64,000 nucleotides of DNA from Amphiscolops sp. MND2022 (taxonomy: Eukaryota), in assembly GCA_964187785.1 (NCBI GenBank), contig OZ076410.1, positions 47,058,001-47,122,000 of the forward strand, read 5' to 3'. Within the stretch, counting starts at the first letter, position 1, and the number at the start of each line of letters is the position of its first letter. A model generated the notes under the pieces. The model was not told the origin of the DNA. It did not search any database and saw only the letters and a list, made by a program, of their open reading frames with translations. Below are positions 24,189 to 38,936 of the stretch, one piece after another. The translations under genes and the position numbers were made by a program.

Positions 24189-24544
24189 CTTACAGTCTCC
24201 TTTGTGTGACCTTTGAGACTAGGCACAGTGACCTGTTTCTGTTAACGTAGTTATAGTGCTTGGTCTTGTAAGTCACATATCTTCAACTTTGTGCGAATCG
24301 AAGGAAAAAAAATCGAAAAAATGGATGTTACTCACACGCTCTGCAAAGACAAAGTCGACGCAGTCATTGCGGAACTTGTAATAGACGCTCCATCGGTTAA
24401 TGTGAAGACTGGCCTGAAGATCTATCAAAGATCTATCAATACAACAAATCCATAAAGCAAATGGAATCCGAGTTCTCAAATTTCGAAGTGCCAGAGTTGA
24501 AAGAGATACTAGCGCATCTTAACTACTTCAACCCATCGTCACAA

Positions 24545-25498
24545 CATTTCGAGGCCAAAGTGGGAAAACGTGAAAGAATCGAGAAAAGCTAAGCGAAAGC
24601 AAGTGTGGATTTTTCTCGATTTTCAAAGTAAATGCATAGCATAATGCAATCAAATATAAAGCATAGCATGCAAGAATCGAGAAAAGTTTCAAGAACCGAG
24701 AAAAACAGCTTCTAGTTGTTTTTCTTGATTCTTGAAACTTTCTCAAATCTTCAATTTTACGTTGATTCTTGAAATTTATATGAATTCTCATGCTCATGGA
24801 TTAGAAATAATTAATAATTCTTTGAAATATTCGATGTCAATTCAATTTTGCTTTTGTTACTCACGGTTTAGAAACTTTTGACAAGTAGCGTTTGACAAGT
24901 AACGAAGTAAAAAGCTAAATTGGAGGTGCTATTGGTTCAGAAAAAATCTTTGCTGCAATAAATTGAATTATTCCATCAAAAAATCTAGTAAAAGTCTCAA
25001 TTTAAAAATAATTCAGCACCTCAGAATCTAGCTGGTTCAGAACAATTTAACCTGAGCAATCATTGTACACTTTTATTATAATTTTAACAAAGATTCTTCC
25101 GTTGATTTGACGAAAAAAGAATTATCAACTAATCAATTAAATTCACTATTGTAACATTTGAATAAGAATTCGGGAAAATTTTCTAAGAATCCAGACTATT
25201 TCCAAGAATCAATAACATTTCCAAGAACCGACAAAATTTTCAAGAAACGACAAAATTTCCAGAATCGACAAACTAATGTTAACACATTTTCTCCATGTAT
25301 TAAAATTAATGTCTAGATTCTCGAATGCCTTTTTCTCGATTCTTGAAATTAGTGGAAATACATGCGCTATTGTTTTCTCAATTCTTTCCTGTGAAGTTCA
25401 AATTTCAAAAATCGAGAAAATATTCACTTCGCTGCGTTAAACTACCACTTTTCTTGATTCTTGAAAAATTGAACATTTCCCACTTTGGCCCCGGAATG
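24545..25498. mobile_element. Non-autonomous TIR element, CMC/EnSpm-like (CATT termini, possible 2-bp AA TSD)
   Basis: Left CATTTCGAGGCCAAAGTGGGAAA versus right TTTCCCACTTTGGCCCCGGAATG. Many AAGAATCGA and TCGATTCTT/TTCTTGA subterminal repeats in both orientations. Confidence 0.7.
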
Positions 25499-25559
25499 AA
25501 TACTTGAAACACGAGTTAATCAGTTACATCACTTGCAGAATCAAAAATCTCCTGCCGGA

Positions 25560-28500
25560 GAAATATGGTCCATGCTCAGTAAATTATTGTGCAAAAAACA
25601 ACCACCCACAGCTCCTTTCCTGCAAAAAGTGTGGGCAAAAATGCACAAGAAATGTCTCCTGGAAATGTTGAGCATTGATGATAATGACTTCTTGAGAGCT
25701 TGATTCTTCGCTAGTTCAGAGAAAAATAAATCCTTTCAATATGGAAGGACTTCATTACCTCTGTAAAATCTATGAGGAAGCTTTCATTCCAATCAAACGC
25801 TCCCGCAAAAACAAAAAACGGATGAACACAGAATCGACAAGCGAAGACTCTTCGCTCCCTCAACGAAATGGAGACCAAAACAAAAACCTGGACACCGTGT
25901 TCGAAGAAGAAAAGTTCCCGAGAAAAAAATCGCGAAAACATATAAAAAGGCCAATTGCCATTTTTTCCGACTTGGGACATGCATACATGGCATCGCAGGA
26001 AGGAATTGCTCGTTTGAACATCCGAAACTATGAATTTCGAAGGATTTAGGGCCGACAGAAAAAGAGAAGAAAAGAAAGGAGACGACAGTGGTGGTGTAGT
26101 GTTCTACGTCCGCAATGTCCTTGTTGTGAATATGCAAACGTTTCTCTGTTTCGCCAATGGTGTCATCGACTTTTTGTGCCTCTACTCAGTGATTCAAATC
26201 ATTCTATTGATCGTTTTGTATAGGCAACCAGATGATGCTATCCACGGGCACCCATCAAACGAAACTAATTTCAATCAATCTTCCAAATATCGATTGGCTT
26301 GAAAAAACAAGTTCGACATCCACCAAAGAAGTCCTGAATATGGCTGCAGTCATGGAATTATTAACAACTGAATTTTTCCTCCAGCAATATGTTACATAGC
26401 CAATACATAAAGATGGAAACACGCTCGACCTCGTGTTCAGTAACAATGATGACCTTGTTATACGGTACATATACCGGAGCGACCTTTCGGTGATATTGCC
26501 AATCAAACTCAAATCATTTCGAAGAGCTACGAAGACTATGTTTATAAATGTTTGTAAACACTGTATTCTTATTTCATATCGAGAATACATCATTTGATAC
26601 AGATAGCTTAGGTAGAAAAAGATCGCTTGGCAGTATTTTGTGTTAAAAGAAGATTTTAGATAAAACCAATTTGTTTTCTTATTCAAACCAAGATATAGAA
26701 CAGACCTGATTCTAGATACACAAGTAATCCCTTGCCTCCAAATGGTAACCCACCACTCAATTGTTGAGGTAACAACTACAATAGATAACAAAATGTGCGT
26801 CGAATCGGGTATTCTTGTCCAACTGAGTGGATTTCGAGAACTTAATTGCATTGACCCAAAGATTGATTGGAAGAGCTTGAATGAGAGACTCACGAGCTAC
26901 AATTGGAATGCCAATTTCTGGAATAAGACAACGGGAAAATGCTAATACAGCTGCTATGTGTCACACTAACGTTTGCAAGAGAACATGTTCCTTTGAGAAA
27001 GATGCACAAGATGATCCTTAATTGAACAGCCCGAAAAAGATTGAACCTAATCCCCAGAAGAAAAAGAATTAACCAGGTGATGAAGAAAGTGCAATCTCCT
27101 AAAAAGTACTAGAAGTACAAGAAGGAGCACATTGAAGTTGAGATGACGCTCATGGAGATTTACCGTCAAAACAACTGCATTAAAGAAAAAGGTGCTGTAA
27201 ACGCGATCGAAACGAATCCGAGTTTTTCTGCTGCTACTTAGGTAAATTTTTGAAAAACAAAAGACCAGTGGTTGCGCTCAAAAATGACGAAGCGGAACTA
27301 GTGCAAGAACCAGATAGAATTGCTGGTAGAACTGCTTTACCATCCCAACAGGACTCTTCTGTCTACACAGTTCCCTCAGAAAAACCCACTTCTTCAAACA
27401 TCGAGGCTCCCGTCACCATTGAGGACATCAAACTTGATATTGCAGACATTGCACAAGGAATTGATAGTTTGAATCCGACTACTGCAGGTGGATTTGATGG
27501 TTTCCCTGCACAGGTTTTGAAGAAATGCAGAGATGCTCTCTCGATACCCCTGTTCATATTTTGGCGGAATTGTCTTGACAAACAAGAAGTCCCAAGTGCA
27601 CTTAAACATGCCCTGATTACGCCGATCTTCAAAGGCAAATGTAAACTTGGTGCGGAAAACTACAGACCAGTTGCACTGACTTCGCATATCATTAAAATTT
27701 TTGAAAGGGTTGTACAAATAAATCTGTTGCATCACATTGAAGAACCGAATGCTTTAAACTATTCTCAACATGGGTTCAGGAGAGGTAGGTCGTGTCTCGG
27801 CCAACTCCTCGCTCACCATAATGAAGTGTTAGAGAACCTAGAAAGTAGTAGCAATGCTGATGTCATTTACCTTGACTTTGCTAAAGCCTTTGATAAAGTT
27901 GATTTCAATGTACTACTGCTAAAATTAGAAAACGTTAGAGTGGAAGGCAAATTACACAATTGGATCAAATTTTTCATTACAGAAAGAACGCAATCTGTTG
28001 TAGTGAAAGAGTATAAATCCAAATCAGTACACGTCACTTCTGGAGTTTCGCAAGGTAGTGTGTAGGGACCCCTTCTTTTTCTCGTCCGCATGATAGCCCT
28101 TGACAAAAACTTGAAATTTTCAATGCTCAAAAATTTCCCTGATGACACTTGAGTTACAAAAAGAATCAAAGACGAAGAAGATGCTAAAGCCTCCAACTGG
28201 AACAGGAACAAGTCTACGAGTGAGCTAAGTGGAACGACATAGAATTTAACAGCCTGAAATTTGAACTTCTGCTCTACGGAGTTGATGATGACATAAAAAC
28301 CACATTGCAATATTTCAATAGTATCAGAACCATCATTGAAGAAAAACATGTAGTTCGCTATCTTGGAATAATTATGAGCCACGATGCCACCATTACAGCA
28401 CACATTGAAACTGTTGTCTCAAAATCTCAATCATTAATTTCATCAATATGCTGATGCTTCAAAACCCGAACACCTGAAGTAATGATACAAATTGCTTGTA

Positions 28501-29040
28501 ATCCCAAATTTAGACTACTGTTGTCAATTGTGGAGTCCTAAGTGGAAAGGTGAGATCAACGAGCTGGAGATTCAACAAAAGAAATTTACCTGCAGCATCG
28601 CTGGAGCAAATAAAGTTTAATACAGGGAACCACTACAGAAATTCTAGCGATATTTTCTGGTAAGAAGACGGGAAAGATACATAATTGTGTAGGTTAGGAA
28701 AATCTTTGAGAATTTGGTGCCAAACGTCACCGCAGAATGCATTCGAAGCACAATTAAACCCAGAATGGGTAGACTATGCATCGTTTCTACAATCAATTGA
28801 ATTTCGAGAGCCTGAGTCACCCTTGAGAATCCGACCTCCGCAGTGCTTCACTTTTGAACAAAGCAGGTAGCAAGTTACCGCCTAATATGAGAGAGGGGTG
28901 GTCTATACACACTGTTGAACGGAACGTGAGACCAACACTGCTCAATTTTAACACTTGGCTCCAAGAAAAGTCAGAGGACCAAGACAGGATGCAAACCGCC
29001 CAGAAAAAATAACGCAGTGATGAGTCTGCTCCCATTGGAG
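25560..29040 (+). mobile_element. Decayed LINE (CR1/L2-group APE-RT), distinct from copies A and B
   Basis: ORF 27250-28065 has ENYRPVALTSHIIKIFERV, QHGFRRGRSCL, VIYLDFAKAFDKVD and GVSQGSV. Endonuclease remnants (DGNTLDLVFSNN) near 26410-26450. Many stops and frameshifts. Boundaries approximate. Confidence 0.82.
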
Positions 29041-29049
29041 TCAAGGCAA

Positions 29050-32000
29050 AAATCTCAAAGGCATTTTCTTCCAATGTCGAGTCATCGAGAGACTCAAAGT
29101 CCGTCAAGACCAGTATTCCTATCGAAACGTTCAAGCTATATATTGCTTGCAAAGGATGTCATCCAGTATGACGGTGTGCAGTCTTAAAAAAAAACACTGA
29201 CCCGGAGACCAAAATTAATTGCTGAACACAAACTCTGCTTTTCTTGTCTAAAGGACGAGCATAGTTTCCGCAAATGTCCGAATCCACGTAGGTGTAGGAA
29301 GGAAGGATGCACAAGTAGTCACGATACTCTTTTACAAGGAGTCGAACGCATTGTTCTGAGCCAACCAAAATCCTCTGAATAGAGCCAGAGTTTGAACAAG
29401 TCCAGCGAATCATCCATCCAAAAACTCTGCGATTCGGCGTGCAGTCATTTGTAGCTGACACGGAAGCTCGCCAAGGATCTGCAACTCGGAGGCCGACCCA
29501 TTTGTTCAACAGTAATAACAGTAAACGGCATCAACTCTCAAGAAGTTGTTTTTTACTGAAATGGAGGACCTGAATTTGTCGAGTCTCCTTCCTATAAATT
29601 GTCTCCCCACCTGAAAGAGAACATCAACGTTGGCACTGACGTCAAAGATTTTGCGTCTCTCCAAACGATTTGCCCACACCTTGCACTGTTAAATGCCGGA
29701 AGATACATCCACTCTGATGTGGATTTACTTTTGGGACAGGATGCGTTTCATGCCATCCGATCGATGGAGTATTTCGAGTCCAATTTGAAAAACTCCCCCG
29801 TCGCAGTCCGTCTACCTCTAGGATGGGTCTTGAACGGTCCTCTACCGACCAGTTCCGGTCTGATAGTCACATGCTTCAACGCGTAACGATACTGATCCTG
29901 ACTCGCCTCCGGCTCAACTCCGCGCTTGGTATGACATCGAATGATTCGGTGCGATGAAAAAGATGGATCCGCGTTCAACTGCCGAGAAACGACCGCTGGA
30001 AATCCTGAACGTCACAACTTACCACGACGGTACTCGCTACCAGGTAGAAATGCCCAACTGAAGTCATTTGAAAAGAGATTTGAGAAAGACGCCGTAATGA
30101 AAGATAGATACCGTGAGACAAACTTCATCGACCTACCGGACGGCCACAACATTGAAGTACCTCCATACGATCGCACGAAGAGATCACGACGTAAATGGTA
30201 TCTTTCTCACCATCCTGGGGTGAATCCCAAGGAACCTGCAAAAGTGAGACGCATTCTCAATGGTGCAGCCACATTTCAGAAAGCGTCACTAAACAACTCT
30301 CTCCTCGCAGGACCCGGCCTGCTACAAAACTTCATTCGAACCCTACACCGTTCTCGCGAGCTTACATTTGCAGTTTCCGCTGATATCGGGGGCATTATCA
30401 TTGAAGTTGGTGTTTTGGAACACGATCAGACATCCAATCTTTGTGGCGGGGTACGCTCAGCGACGACATTGTAGTTTGCAAATAAGTGCGACACTTATTT
30501 GGGGGCGAAAGACTTTCCCACGTGCGCAACTTTTGCGCTACAGAGAATTGCCGCCGATAAAGCAGTTTATTTTGACGACGCAGCTCGCGCTGTGACACTG
30601 AAGTTTTAGATGGACGACTACTTGGATTCATTCCCCATTCCTGAATTAGCTGTACCACGATCAAAAGATCTAGTTGAGTTTCTTGCCAAAGGAGGCTTCA
30701 AACTCATCAAGTTTGCAAGTAATTTTCCAGTACTCACCACTGAACTGAACGGGCGGGAATTACTTCTTCCGAGGACGAGGAGTAATTAAGGACGTCCCCT
30801 GCACACTACCAAAGCGAGCTTTGCATGGTCTCATTGCTGCAGTTTTTGACCCCATTGGGCTTGTTGCGCCGTTCACGGTCAGAGCGAGGCTCCTTTTAAA
30901 AGTTATTTGGCGCGTTTCTAGTCAACAATGTGATAACCAACTCTCAACTGACACAGCCCAGAAGATTACTGATTGGATAAACGAGTTACCCCGACTAAGC
31001 GAGTTGACAATCCCCAGTAAGTATTTCCCAGTTGACGTTGATCAATTTGAATTACACGTATTTGGGGACAGTTCACAGGAGGTCTTCAGCGCTTTCGCTT
31101 TTTTACTGTAGCTCTCATGAAATTGTCGGAACTTCCTTAATTAGAACTGTAAGCTGCCCTCCTAGATGCTAGGTGATGTGCCGAATTACACAAGCTTTCA
31201 CCCGTCCGATTGATAACACTTTTTTGTTCCAATAGTACCAGGGTTTGCAATAGATGCAATCTACTGCAAAGAACTCATCTTCATTGCAAACAGAGTTTGC
31301 GAAGTTCAAGGACTGACAACTATAGACCAGTGGAATTATGTTAGCTCCTCCGAGAACCACAGCCATGCTGAGTTTAGAGGCCTCTAAACAGAAGCCCTCA
31401 AGTCTAGCAGTTGGTATTGGCCTTCAAACCCGAGAACGCGGTTCTCAATGATTTGAAAAACGGATACTGGCGATGAAAGTTCTTCACCCACCTCCGGTAT
31501 GGCCGAAAGTGTTGCGACGAAAATCCAGTGGGAGAACTTTAGTTCCTTCAAGAAACTACAGCGCATCATGGTTTCTGTTATGCGTATCCTCCCGGAACAT
31601 AGTCACTTCCGAAATCCCGACAGAGGGATTGGTGACTATTCCGAACATTCTCTCGCTGAATCAAAGTTATTGGCACAACGTCAATCTCGTTCTATCGAAA
31701 TGAAAAACCTTCTTAATGCAAGACATCTTCACCCGAAAAGCCGTAAACGTGCCTATTCATATTTCATTAGTACCAGCAGCCTAATGCGATTCACCGGTTG
31801 CGTCAAACGTCTGAGCGAAATCACTTACGATGTCAAGCATCCAATCATTCTGGACGGTCAACAAAGGCCTGTCCACTCACTACTCCAACACCTGTATGAA
31901 TTGCCTTACCACCCAGGTGTGGACTTCATGCGATCTCAAGCCCAACACCACTATGCCGTTATTAAATTGAGAAACACCCTGTCTAAAATTGAAAGTTCCT

Positions 32001-33509
32001 CTCTGGTGTGTCGTCGTAGAAAGATTGAGACCTTATCGCATTTAATGCAGACCTTCCGAAAGAGCCACTTTGTTTCAAAAATCACCTTTCACAATGACAA
32101 GTGTGAAATATTTTCGCCCGTTTTTGGTAACAGTACGACGATCGAACGAAAAGCGATGGGGTTTTATGTTCACGTGCTTGACAACCCGAGCCGTACATCT
32201 AGAAGACGTTCCTTCTCTAGACACTAATTCGTGTATCATGGGAATATTCAAGTTTGCCGAGTGCCGCGGAACGCTGTCCGTAATTTGATCAGACACCGGT
32301 ACGAATTTCGTCGGGAGCGAGACTGAACTAGTTGAAAACATAAGCAAGCACCCCGAACTCCCGGTTGACAAGAAAATACGTGAAAGCTTAACCCCCCTGG
32401 TACACCTCACCAAGGTGGAGTATGGGAGCGTTTAGTCCTCAGATGTGAACGGGTCACTACTCCATCCTTGACGACTGTCGTCTCACCGATGAAATCCTCC
32501 TGACCGTCTTCTGTTTGATTGAACCGACATTGAACGCGCGACCTTTAATCCCAGTGAGCTCCGATCCATATGACACAGATGCGTTGACGCTCAATCATTT
32601 TGTCCTCGGTCGACCGAACAAGAGATTTCCGCCTACTACTGCATCCGCAATAGACTTTAACCATCGAAAACGGTACGCGCGGGCACAAACCTATGCCGTT
32701 GCAATCTGGGCAAAGTGGTTGAAAGAGTACAATCCCTTACTTAATCGCCGGAATAAGTGGGCCACGGATAGCAGAAGAGCGCTGTACCCAGGCGATATGG
32801 TCTGAATTGTTGAAACGTCCAATCCCAGGGGCAACTATTCCTTTGCGCGCATCGTCTCGCTAAATTCTGGTTCAGGCGGCATTGTGGGACCCGCAAATTT
32901 GACGTCAAAATCCCGAATCTATACAAAACCCTTGACAAAACTTGTACCTTTACTTGAGTCGACACTTTCCGGGGCGGAGAATGATGACAATTGTTCGTCA
33001 ACAAAAAATGAAAATAGTTTTTCAGCTTTTTAGATTTCCAAGCTTTTACGGTACGAACGTTGACTTTCACGTTATCGATGGGTTTTCGAACCCGCCAAGA
33101 ACGGCTCGGAGCGAACTGGTTCCCTTTTTTGAATAACCATAAAACATAAACACAAAACTTTTGACCTCTTAATTTATTTGACATGTAAAAATGACTGACA
33201 AGTTATTTTGACTTTCAGCTGACATTTTTCCAAAATAAATAGTTTCATTGACATTTAAATGTACGAACTATTGATAAACATTGCATAATCGGTTCTAAAG
33301 TTCATACAGTTTTTACATTAAAGCTGCCATTCTGTTTTCACTGAACCGTTGCAAGCTTAAACGCCTATCCGTTTTTGTTTATGACTGAACATCATACAAC
33401 TTTAGCAATGTTTTTTGACCAAGGAATTTCGAAATCCATTGTTATTCAAAAAACATTGTTTCTCAATCAAAGAACCTAAAGTATTCAGCTAGAGATTTTC
33501 AAATTTACA
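29050..33509 (+). mobile_element. Decayed BEL/Pao LTR retrotransposon (gag-PR-RT-RH-IN remnants, 3' LTR)
   Basis: Pao RT WYLSHHPGVNPKEPAKVR...SLNNSLLAGP...ADI; RH LHVFGDSSQ; IN KRWGFMFTCLTTRAVHLE...SDTGTNFVG; C-terminal LTLNHFVLGR...W.KWLKEY. PPT GGGGCGGAGAA precedes TG at 32982. Confidence 0.9.
32982..33509 (+). repeat. Putative BEL LTR copy 1 (TGATGAC...TTTACA, ~528 bp)
   Basis: Starts with TG after the PPT and ends CA at the point where the copies diverge. Repeated at 34257-34785, ~52070-52594 and partially at 50871-51323. Confidence 0.7.
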
Positions 33510-34785
33510 CCAAGTTTGCAAGTACTTTTCCAGCGCTCACCGCTGAACTGAAGAAGAGCGAATTACTTTTTCCGAGGACGAGGAGTAAATAAAGACGTCC
33601 CCTGCACACTGTGCATAAGCAAGCGCCCCGAACTCCAGCTTCACAAGAAAATTACGTGGAAGTTTAACCCCTTGGTACACCTCACCAAGGTGGATCGTGG
33701 GAGCGTTTAGTCCGCAGTTGTAAACCGGTCTCTACTCCATCCTTGACGACCGTCGTCTCACCGATGAAATCCTCCTGACCGTCTTCTGTTTGGTTGAACC
33801 GACATTGGACGCGCGTTTTTTAATCCCATTGAGCTCCGATCCATATGACACAGATGCATTGACGCTCAATCATTTTGTCCTCGGTCGACCGAACAACAGA
33901 TTTCCGCCTACTACTGCATCCGCAATAGACTTTAACCATCGAAAACGGTACGCGCGGGCACAAACCTATGCCGTTGTAAGCTGGGCAAAGTGGTTGAAAG
34001 AGTACATTCCCTTACTTAATCGCCGAAATAAGTGGGCCACGGATAGCAGAAGAGCGCTGTACCCAGGCGATATGGTCTGAATTGTTGAATCGTCCAATCC
34101 CAAGGGCAATTACTCTTTTGCGCGCATCGTCTCGCTAAATTCTGGTTCAGGCGGCATTGTGGGATCCGCAAATTTGACGTCAAAATCCCGAACCTATACA
34201 AAACCCCTGACAAAACTTGTACCTTTACTTGAGTCGACACTTTCCGGGGCGGAGAATGATGACAATTGTTCGTCAACAAAAAATGAAAATAGTTTTTCAG
34301 CTTTTTAAATTACCATTGTTTCATGGTAAGAACGTTGACCTTCACGTTATCGATGGGTTTTCGAACCCACCAAGAACAGCTCGGAGCGAACTGATTCCCT
34401 TTTTTGAATAACCATAAAACATAAACACAAAACTTTTGTCCTCTAAATTTATTTGACATGTAAAAATGACTGAAATGTTATTTTGACTTTCAGCTGATTT
34501 TTTTTCCAAAATGAATAATTTCATTGACATTTAATTGTACGAACTATTGATAAACATTGCATAATCGGTGATAAAGTTCATACACTTTTTACATTAAAGC
34601 TGCCATTCTGTTTTCACTGAACCGTTGCAAGCTTAAATGCCTATCCGTTTTTGTTTATGACTGAACATCATTGAACTTTAGCAATGTTTTTTGACCAAGG
34701 TGTTTCGAAATCCATTGTTATTCAAAAAGCATTGTTTCTCACTCACTGAACCTAAAGTATTCAGCTAGAGATTTTCAAATTTACA
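33510..34785 (+). mobile_element. Mini BEL unit: RT fragment + IN/3' fragment + PPT + second LTR
   Basis: 33510-33610 matches RT 30715-30805; 33615-34256 matches 32340-32981; LTR at 34257-34785. Confidence 0.8.
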
Positions 34786-36567
34786 TCGTCGCTATGTCGC
34801 AAAGATGGTAGGTAGCTAACGCTCACTCCGAAATTACGTCAGCACTACGTCAGTAGCTGCAGCTAGCTAGTCCTTTTCTCAAATTTACATCGTCGCAAAC
34901 TTACGAAAATTAGGCCATTACGCTGTTACTTAATTTTTTGTCCGCGCTACGTCAGCTACTGATCGAAATGTTGAAGAATCACGTTTTTACGTTTCGATTG
35001 AGTTGTCTAAAATGGATCTAGCGATCCGAATATTTTTTGATCCGCTTCAAATACCAATGTCATGTTTCATGATTTTGATGTTTTGTTTTAAATGTATTTA
35101 CAATAAATCTCAAAGAAATTGATCAGGACATTTTGTATTGAACATTGATCATCAGCACGAATAAACTGAAATGCTGCATGTTATCAGCGTTAAAAAACGT
35201 TTTTGTGAGCACACTCTAAATGTTGCACTGTACACCTCTACGATGTTTAATATGATGATCAATGATAATTATATTTCGTTGATGAATAAATCCTGTTGAT
35301 AATTTGCATAACCAGTCCTGATTCTTCATAACTAGGACCTTAACTTGGTATGATGTTTAATTTTGTTGTATCGATAATCAAAATTGTTCGTGCGTTTCGG
35401 AGTTTGTGACTTTGTCACGTCGTTAAGTGATGCAATAAATTTTCAAAAATTGACCAAATACAGCGATTAAACTTTTGTCAAAATGCTCTCTAGCATCATC
35501 CAACTAATCATTTTTGAAGTCATAATATATCCAGTTTAAAGTAAGGGTTCAATTTGAATTGTTCAGGCCATCGTTAGCTCTACAGCAGATTTTCACGCCA
35601 TTTGAAACAAAAAGTAGGAAAACTCTTTGAAAAATTGAGGAACACTTCCGGTTTGTCGAGATGGAATAAAATCTACTTCCCACTTGGGAGAAACAAAAAC
35701 CACGTCGGAATGAAATGATATGATCACGGGTGATGACTAAGACCAACTGAACTATGGGAGAATTATGAAATTTGACGAAATGTCGATGCAAACAAATTTT
35801 GATAAATGAAGATTGCCGTAATGAAAATAGGTGTGAGTAATCTTTCGGAGAAAATTCACGAACGCGTGTATGAACAGATGATGCTACGAGGGTATATAAA
35901 CTTGGAACTTTCGTAAACATTCATTCAATTGTTGTTTCGTTGCCTGAAAAATCAATCTTACTTTCTCGAACTTTCAGTTCAGAAAAGAATTGAATATAGT
36001 CTCAAATAAAGCACTCGCTCGTCTTGATGTCGACAAGAAGTCGAAAAAGAAAGAACACTCATCAGGAAAGCATCAAAAATTTAAGTGAAAACTTGGTTTG
36101 CCCAATTTCGGTTGAAAATGTGGGTCTAGATTACCGGGACGTCATGTTGGCGAGACCGTCAAGCTCGGAATACCACAGGGTTGAAAGGAACGAGTAAGAA
36201 AAGTTGAAAACATCCGTGAATGAGGAAATTACTTTTTAACAGAAGGAAAGAGCTGTTGAAACTGTTGGAAACAGGAAATCAGTAAAACGGGCCCGGAGAA
36301 AGACCTCAAGTTTTAGAAAGTGAATCTAGAAGTTTCTTCACACCCACTTAATCGGGTGACCCACTTACGGATCAATAGTACCCAAAGTAACGGAACGAAC
36401 ATGAACCGAAGCAGTCGCCTAACTGAAAAAAAACGTTCGTTCAACAAATGGAAATTCTTGTAAATTCAGTAAAGAACTCTCTAAAGTAGTGCGTGTTTAT
36501 TAGCAGTACGTTATCTTAAGGGTGGTGTGGTGTTGTAAAATAAAACTTCATTTCTCCCAAAGACAAT

Positions 36568-36637
36568 GAGTCCCTCCCAGGACTCGGAGCTCACCGGTTA
36601 AAAAACTGGCCGAATACACTCACCACTCGGCCATCGG
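36568..36637 (-). other. tRNA-derived SINE-like head (more decayed copy)
   Basis: Box A TGGCCGAGTGG with a mutated box B. Paralog of 54303-54373. Confidence 0.5.
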
Positions 36638-37394
36638 GAGGCGGAATACTGGGAAATTAGCCTGCTTATATCGGAATTAATTTCAATTCTTAGGTGATAG
36701 CATGCATCCTCACAGTGGCTTTTTGGCATGTTTTAAACGAATAACGCTGAATATTCACCAAACGTATTGATCCGATCCAACTGTTGCCACGCCGCCTCTG
36801 AAGATATAAATGTCAGATCTAAATCAGTTAAGATGTAACGCTATTCAGCCTTATTGTTTCAGCTCATTTATGTATCAACGTGATTCTCCATCAGCATTAT
36901 TCTGTTTCAGTTCAATTCCTCTGAACATTTGGTTAACTTGTTTCACTTTCCCCATATAATGGGACATCAAAATGTATTCATTAGTAGTAGTGGTACATTC
37001 CTGGCTTTCTCTTATGAATTGTTTTATTCGATGCGCTGACTTTGGATCATTTCTCATGAATTGGAAGCTTTCAATTTTTCGAATTTATCAATGAGTGATG
37101 GTATCTAAAATTCTGGAAAATCTCTTTTTCCTTATTAAGACCCCCCTCCCTGTATGAACTTCGTCGGGAGCGAGACTGAACTAGTCAAAAAGAGAAGAAA
37201 ATGGAATGAGCAAGCACCCCGAACTCCTGATTCACAAGAAATTTACGTGGAAGTTTAACCCCCTCGTACACTTCACCACCCCCTCCCGCCAGTGGCCGCA
37301 GGGAGGGGGAGGGGACAAATAAGACACAAGAGCACCAGTTCTGAAATACATCTCATATTATTTTCTGGACCACATGTTGTCTTAAATGCCCCCC

Positions 37395-38936
37395 TGTGAT
37401 AATCCTCTTCTGGGCTTTCAGTATTAGATTCTTCATCTGAATGTATAGTAATATTTACGTCTGATTCGCTCCGAAACAAAGGCTTTGCAGGATGTCTGAG
37501 ATCTTTCATTTTAGAAGCTCTAAGAGGATGATCGTCATTTTCGGAATCAGAATTCTCGTTATTAGATGCGCGAACTCCCATAGACCGCACTGTTTTGGAT
37601 CCCGAAGGTTGCAGATCTTGTATTTCATCAATATCAGATCTTGGGTTTGTCATTGTTGATGTGGTTTTATTCGATTTAACTTCTTTCAAAATTGCTTCAA
37701 GTTTACTATCCATTTCTTCTCTCATTTTCTCAATTTTGTGATCGTTCTTTTGTTCCATTATTTGGGTCCATAATTTGATTTCACTGTTGAGCAGGCTAGG
37801 TTCAGTTAACTGGTTTATTGCACTATTTTCACCTAAACCTTCTTGATCATTAACATTAGAATTAGTCAAAGTCACATTACCTGGGTTAGGCGTTTCTACT
37901 TGTGCTTCACTCAAATTTCTGTCAGGGGATGGTGTTGCTAATCTCCTGGACCTTCTGCTTCTCTTATTTCCCATCTTGCTCAATCAAAAAGATGTGTTTT
38001 GGTTGTTGGGGAAGAATTTGAATTGTTTGAAAGTGTCTCAAATCCAAAAGTGTTGGTGAGGAACAAAAGCAATCATCAGAAGAAACCGCTTTTACAACTT
38101 TATTGGGGTGAAAGTTTTAGCAACTGAACGTGATGACGGTTGGAATCTTAATGAAATTTTTGTGCTCGAACTACTTTATTTCAGAAAACTGGGAGCATGA
38201 CACTCCTTTTTAGAGGAATCACGCTGGCCTGGGGAACAAAAATAGAATAGCATCATCATTACGTCAGGATATTTATATCACCTTCAAAACTGATGAATAG
38301 GTCCTAGAAAGAACCTGGAAAACTATATTAAAGGCAATAAAGCACGTATTCGCAAGTATAATTGGAATGCACAAGCACCTGGTCCATTTCAAATGGTTAT
38401 TATGTTAAAGACGCATACCGACGAGTATACGTCACTTATCAAACCGCGAAATACCGTATAGTAGTAATCCGCATAATGGCAAGTAGTCGTCAAGCATCAA
38501 ACCGTAGAATACCGTATAGTTCAACTATGAAAACCGCATAATTGTGATTATTCAACAAAGCTCATTACGTATAATGACGCATATTCACAAGCACAAATGT
38601 TCCTTTTAATGGTGATGATTTCAAAAATGTTACTATTGCGTAACCAATTAGTCATTCGATGATCTTTTTAAGTACATTGTCTCAAGTTTTAACACGTTTT
38701 AGGCTTCCTGTGATGTATAAAGCAAACTTGTTACTAAAAGGTTGTTTAAGACATTTACTTTGCTTCTTCCGAAATGACAAATCAAATAAGTAACCCCCAA
38801 TTAAAATGTTTACACAAGTTTTTCGAGAAGGAATTAGGTGGATATTGTCAGTTTCAATCATCATTGTGAGAGCTTTCTCTGTTCTTCTTCAATCACTGTT
38901 GCACTCCGGATCCAGAAAAGCTGACAGGCTGAGACA
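37395..38936 (-). repeat. 3' LTR of the 13.1-kb Gypsy
   Basis: Direct repeat of 48938-50479, about 10 substitutions counted by eye. Purine-rich AAAGAGCGGGAC (PPT-like) immediately upstream at 38937-38948 on minus. Confidence 0.95.
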
